NCBI GenBank assembly: GCA_003135555.1
Contig: PLCF01000053.1
Span: 1-30,128 of the forward strand
Length of the DNA: 30,128 nt
Origin: Vulcanimicrobiota bacterium
GTDB taxonomy: Bacteria > Vulcanimicrobiota > Vulcanimicrobiia > Vulcanimicrobiales > Vulcanimicrobiaceae
Direction of reading: 5' to 3'
Part shown: positions 27,531-30,128 of the stretch, one piece after another
Layout of the letters: each line of letters begins with the position of its first letter
Numbering within the stretch: position 1 is the stretch's first letter
Translations under genes and position numbers: made by a program
Notes under the pieces: model-generated
The model's input: the letters and a program-made list of their open reading frames with translations, nothing else
Told to the model about the DNA's origin: nothing
Database searches by the model: none

Positions 27531-28247
27531 GTGCGCTACGCTGAGGGTCCTACGATCGACACATTGTTGAAGGCATACGATACCCTTTCGCACGCGACGA
27601 TCCCGCAGATGCTGGCGCTAGCGGCGCTGATCATCCCCGGCCTGTTGTCCTTGCGGGTTTACGAGGCGAAGCGTGGCGGGGAGGGCCGGAACGCAAACGA
27701 CGTCTTGATCGACATCGCCGCGTATAGCTTTGTTATTGATCTGATCGGGTTCGCCTTACTATCGATTGTCAATCTGATACCGCCGTCGCCATGGCAAATG
27801 CTGCTCCGTCTCCTTACGTTTGTAGTCGCGTTTATCGTGTTCCCGATACTTCTCGGGTGGGGGTGGTACGAGATGCAGACGTGGATGGTGCGCGCTGGTT
27901 TTGTCGCTGATCCCATTCAAAAACCATGGGACAAGGTGTTCCGCAGAATATTTCAGCAGAAGCTCGATCTCGTGGCAATCGCGACTCTTCGTGACGGCCG
28001 CCGCGTTGCTAGTCGACTTCTGGACCCGGCATACGCCTCGACATACCCGGCGGATGAGCAAATCCTGCTCGGGGAGATGTGGAAGGTGGACGAAGATGGG
28101 CGATTGGTTGCGCCATATTCTGGATCGTATGGTATGCTAATTGACAAAGCCGATATTGAAACGCTGGAGTTCATTGAGTGGTCTTCAGTAGCGACATACT
28201 TACGAGACCGGCAGAAAGAGACGTCGGATGAGCGACCCCCAGGCTAA
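27531..28247 (+). CDS. DUF6338-like membrane protein
   Basis: IIPGLLS, three TMs, PWDKVF, TLRDGR, ASTYP..EQILL resemble my recollection of DUF6338; lower GC; start uncertain. Confidence 0.65.
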   Translation: MRYAEGPTIDTLLKAYDTLSHATIPQMLALAALIIPGLLSLRVYEAKRGGEGRNANDVLIDIAAYSFVIDLIGFALLSIVNLIPPSPWQMLLRLLTFVVAFIVFPILLGWGWYEMQTWMVRAGFVADPIQKPWDKVFRRIFQQKLDLVAIATLRDGRRVASRLLDPAYASTYPADEQILLGEMWKVDEDGRLVAPYSGSYGMLIDKADIETLEFIEWSSVATYLRDRQKETSDERPPG

Positions 28248-28416
28248 AGCGCCCACCAATGGAGCCTTCCAAAAGGGCCAGCCTTTGCCGACGTCATTCC
28301 AAATCCAGTCGGTACCGCTGCGCGAAGGCGTGCCGATGCCTGCACGCCCGGCGGGCTCTACGTCGCCCGTAGCGCCCCTCCCGCCAGGTAGCGCGGTCCC
28401 CGCGAAGGCCAAATAG
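28228..28416 (+). CDS. Small Pro-rich hypothetical protein
   Basis: 62-aa ORF overlapping the 3' end of the DUF6338-like gene; purine-rich upstream sequence. Confidence 0.4.
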   Translation: MSDPQAKAPTNGAFQKGQPLPTSFQIQSVPLREGVPMPARPAGSTSPVAPLPPGSAVPAKAK

Positions 28417-28460
28417 AGGCAATCCAGCAGCAGGCTGGCCTTACGCGGGAGCGAGCCAGT

Positions 28461-30128
28461 TCAATCTTCCTTCGAAGCTTCGTCGTGGGCGCGGCGCTGG
28501 AGCTCCGCGACGACGTTGGAGTCGGCTAACGTCGTCGTGTCGCCGAGCATGCGGCCTTCGGCGATGTCGCGCAGTAGGCGTCGCATGATCTTGCCGGAGC
28601 GCGTCTTGGGCAGCTCCTGGGTGAACGTGAGGTATTTGGGCCGGCAGAACTTACCGAGCTTCTCAGCGACGTGCTCGCGCAGCTCGTCGGCAAGCTGCGG
28701 CGAGCCGTTGGCGTGGGACTTGAGCGTCACGAAGGCGCAGATCGCTTGCCCGGTGATGTCGTCGTTCTTGCCGGTGACCGCGGCTTCGGCGACGTCGGGG
28801 TGGTCGACCAGCGCCGACTCCACCTCGGTGGTCGAGATGCGGTGGCCGCTCACGTTCATCACGTCGTCGATGCGCCCCAAGAACCAGTAGTCGCCTTCCT
28901 CGTCGCGCTTGCAGCCGTCGCCGGCGAGATACTTGTGTGGGAACTTCGACCAGTACGTTTGCACGTAGCGCGCGTCGTCGCCGTAGATTCCGCGCAGCAT
29001 CGACGGCCACGGGCGCGTCAGCACGATGTACCCGCCGCCTCCGAGGGGGACGGATTCGCCCTTGTCGTTGACCAGGTCCGCGGCGATCCCCGGAAACGGT
29101 TTGGTCGCCGAACCGGGCTTGAGCGTGGTGACCCCAGGCAATGGCGTGATCATGATCGCGCCGGTCTCGGTCTGCCACCACGTGTCGACGACCGGGCAGC
29201 GGCCGCCGCCGATGTGCGTGTGGTACCACATCCACGCCTCGGGATTGATGGGTTCCCCTACGGAACCCAGCAGCCGCAACGACGAAAGATCGTGCTTCTC
29301 GACGTGCTCCGTCCCCCATTTCATGAAGGTGCGGATCGCGGTCGGTGCGGTGTAAAGGATCGTGACGCCGTACCGCTGCACGATCTCCCACAGCCGATCC
29401 TTGTCGGGGAAGTCGGGCGTGCCTTCGTAGATGACGCTCGTCGCGCCGTTGCACAACGGACCGTACACGATGTACGAGTGACCGGTCACCCAGCCGATGT
29501 CCGCGGCGCACCAGTACACGTCGTCGTCCTCTTTGAGGTCGAAGACCAGCTTGTGCGTCGCGGTGACGCCGGTGAGATATCCGCCGGTCGTGTGTTTGAT
29601 CCCCTTGGGCTTGGCGGTCGTCCCCGAGGTGTAGAGCAGATAGAGCAGGTCTTCGGCGTTCATCCGCTCCGGTTCGCAGGTCGACGGCTGATCGCGCACC
29701 ACATCGTCCCACCATACGTCGCGGCCGACGCCCATCGCCACCGGGTCGCCGACGCGCTTGGCGACGATGACGTGGCGCAGTGACGGCATCCCCTTCGCGA
29801 TCGCGTCGTCGACGTTGTTCTTGAGCGGGACTTTGGTGCCGCGGCGCCAGCCTTGATCGGCCGTGATGATCGCGACGCACTCCGAGTCGTTGACGCGGTC
29901 GACGATCGAGTCCGGTGAGAACCCGCCGAAGATGACCGAGTGCGCCGCGCCGATGCGCGCGCACGCCAGCATCGCGACCGGAAGCTCAACGATCATCGGC
30001 ATGTAGATCGCGACTCGATCGCCTTTGCGAATCCCGAGCTTGCGCAGGCCGTTGGCGAAGCGGCAGACCTCGTCGAGCAGCTGCCCGTAGGTGACCGTCC
30101 AGCGATCGCCGGGCTCGCCTTCGTAGTA
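28461..30128 (-). CDS. acs: Acetate-CoA ligase (5' end beyond the window)
   Basis: YTSGTTAKPKG, DIGWVTGHSY, SVGEPINP, DTWWQTETG, GRIDDVMNVSGHR, PKTRSGKIMRR; the frame remains open to the window edge. Confidence 0.97.
   Translation of the reverse strand, partial: YYEGEPGDRWTVTYGQLLDEVCRFANGLRKLGIRKGDRVAIYMPMIVELPVAMLACARIGAAHSVIFGGFSPDSIVDRVNDSECVAIITADQGWRRGTKVPLKNNVDDAIAKGMPSLRHVIVAKRVGDPVAMGVGRDVWWDDVVRDQPSTCEPERMNAEDLLYLLYTSGTTAKPKGIKHTTGGYLTGVTATHKLVFDLKEDDDVYWCAADIGWVTGHSYIVYGPLCNGATSVIYEGTPDFPDKDRLWEIVQRYGVTILYTAPTAIRTFMKWGTEHVEKHDLSSLRLLGSVGEPINPEAWMWYHTHIGGGRCPVVDTWWQTETGAIMITPLPGVTTLKPGSATKPFPGIAADLVNDKGESVPLGGGGYIVLTRPWPSMLRGIYGDDARYVQTYWSKFPHKYLAGDGCKRDEEGDYWFLGRIDDVMNVSGHRISTTEVESALVDHPDVAEAAVTGKNDDITGQAICAFVTLKSHANGSPQLADELREHVAEKLGKFCRPKYLTFTQELPKTRSGKIMRRLLRDIAEGRMLGDTTTLADSNVVAELQRRAHDEASKED

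Overview
GC-rich bacterial window; the gene mix is compatible with a soil lineage such as Eremiobacterota/Vulcanimicrobiota, but that is only an impression. Left to right: the 3' half of a CAT-anticodon tRNA, an ORF whose first ~30 codons look like an RtcB N-terminus joined to an N-terminally truncated threonine dehydrogenase (tdh), kbl, a small secreted protein, two tandem sensor-GGDEF-EAL paralogues, an ECF sigma/anti-sigma pair and a large OmpA-domain lipoprotein. Next is an accessory tract (~11.5-15.05 kb) directly downstream of an initiator tRNA-fMet (minus strand). It is divided by three ungapped copies of a 66-bp hairpin-containing repeat, each next to a piece of the tRNA 3' end. These delimit ~1.2-1.3 kb cassette-like units of small genes with no integrase in view, and this is the most interesting feature. 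The rest is mostly ordinary: add-dtxR/mntR-rhomboid-dinG operon, acyltransferase plus GT-C glycosyltransferase, S1/P1 nuclease, DUF4142, ABC exporter with DesK/DesR-type two-component system, a lower-GC DUF6338-like insert, and acs running off the right edge.
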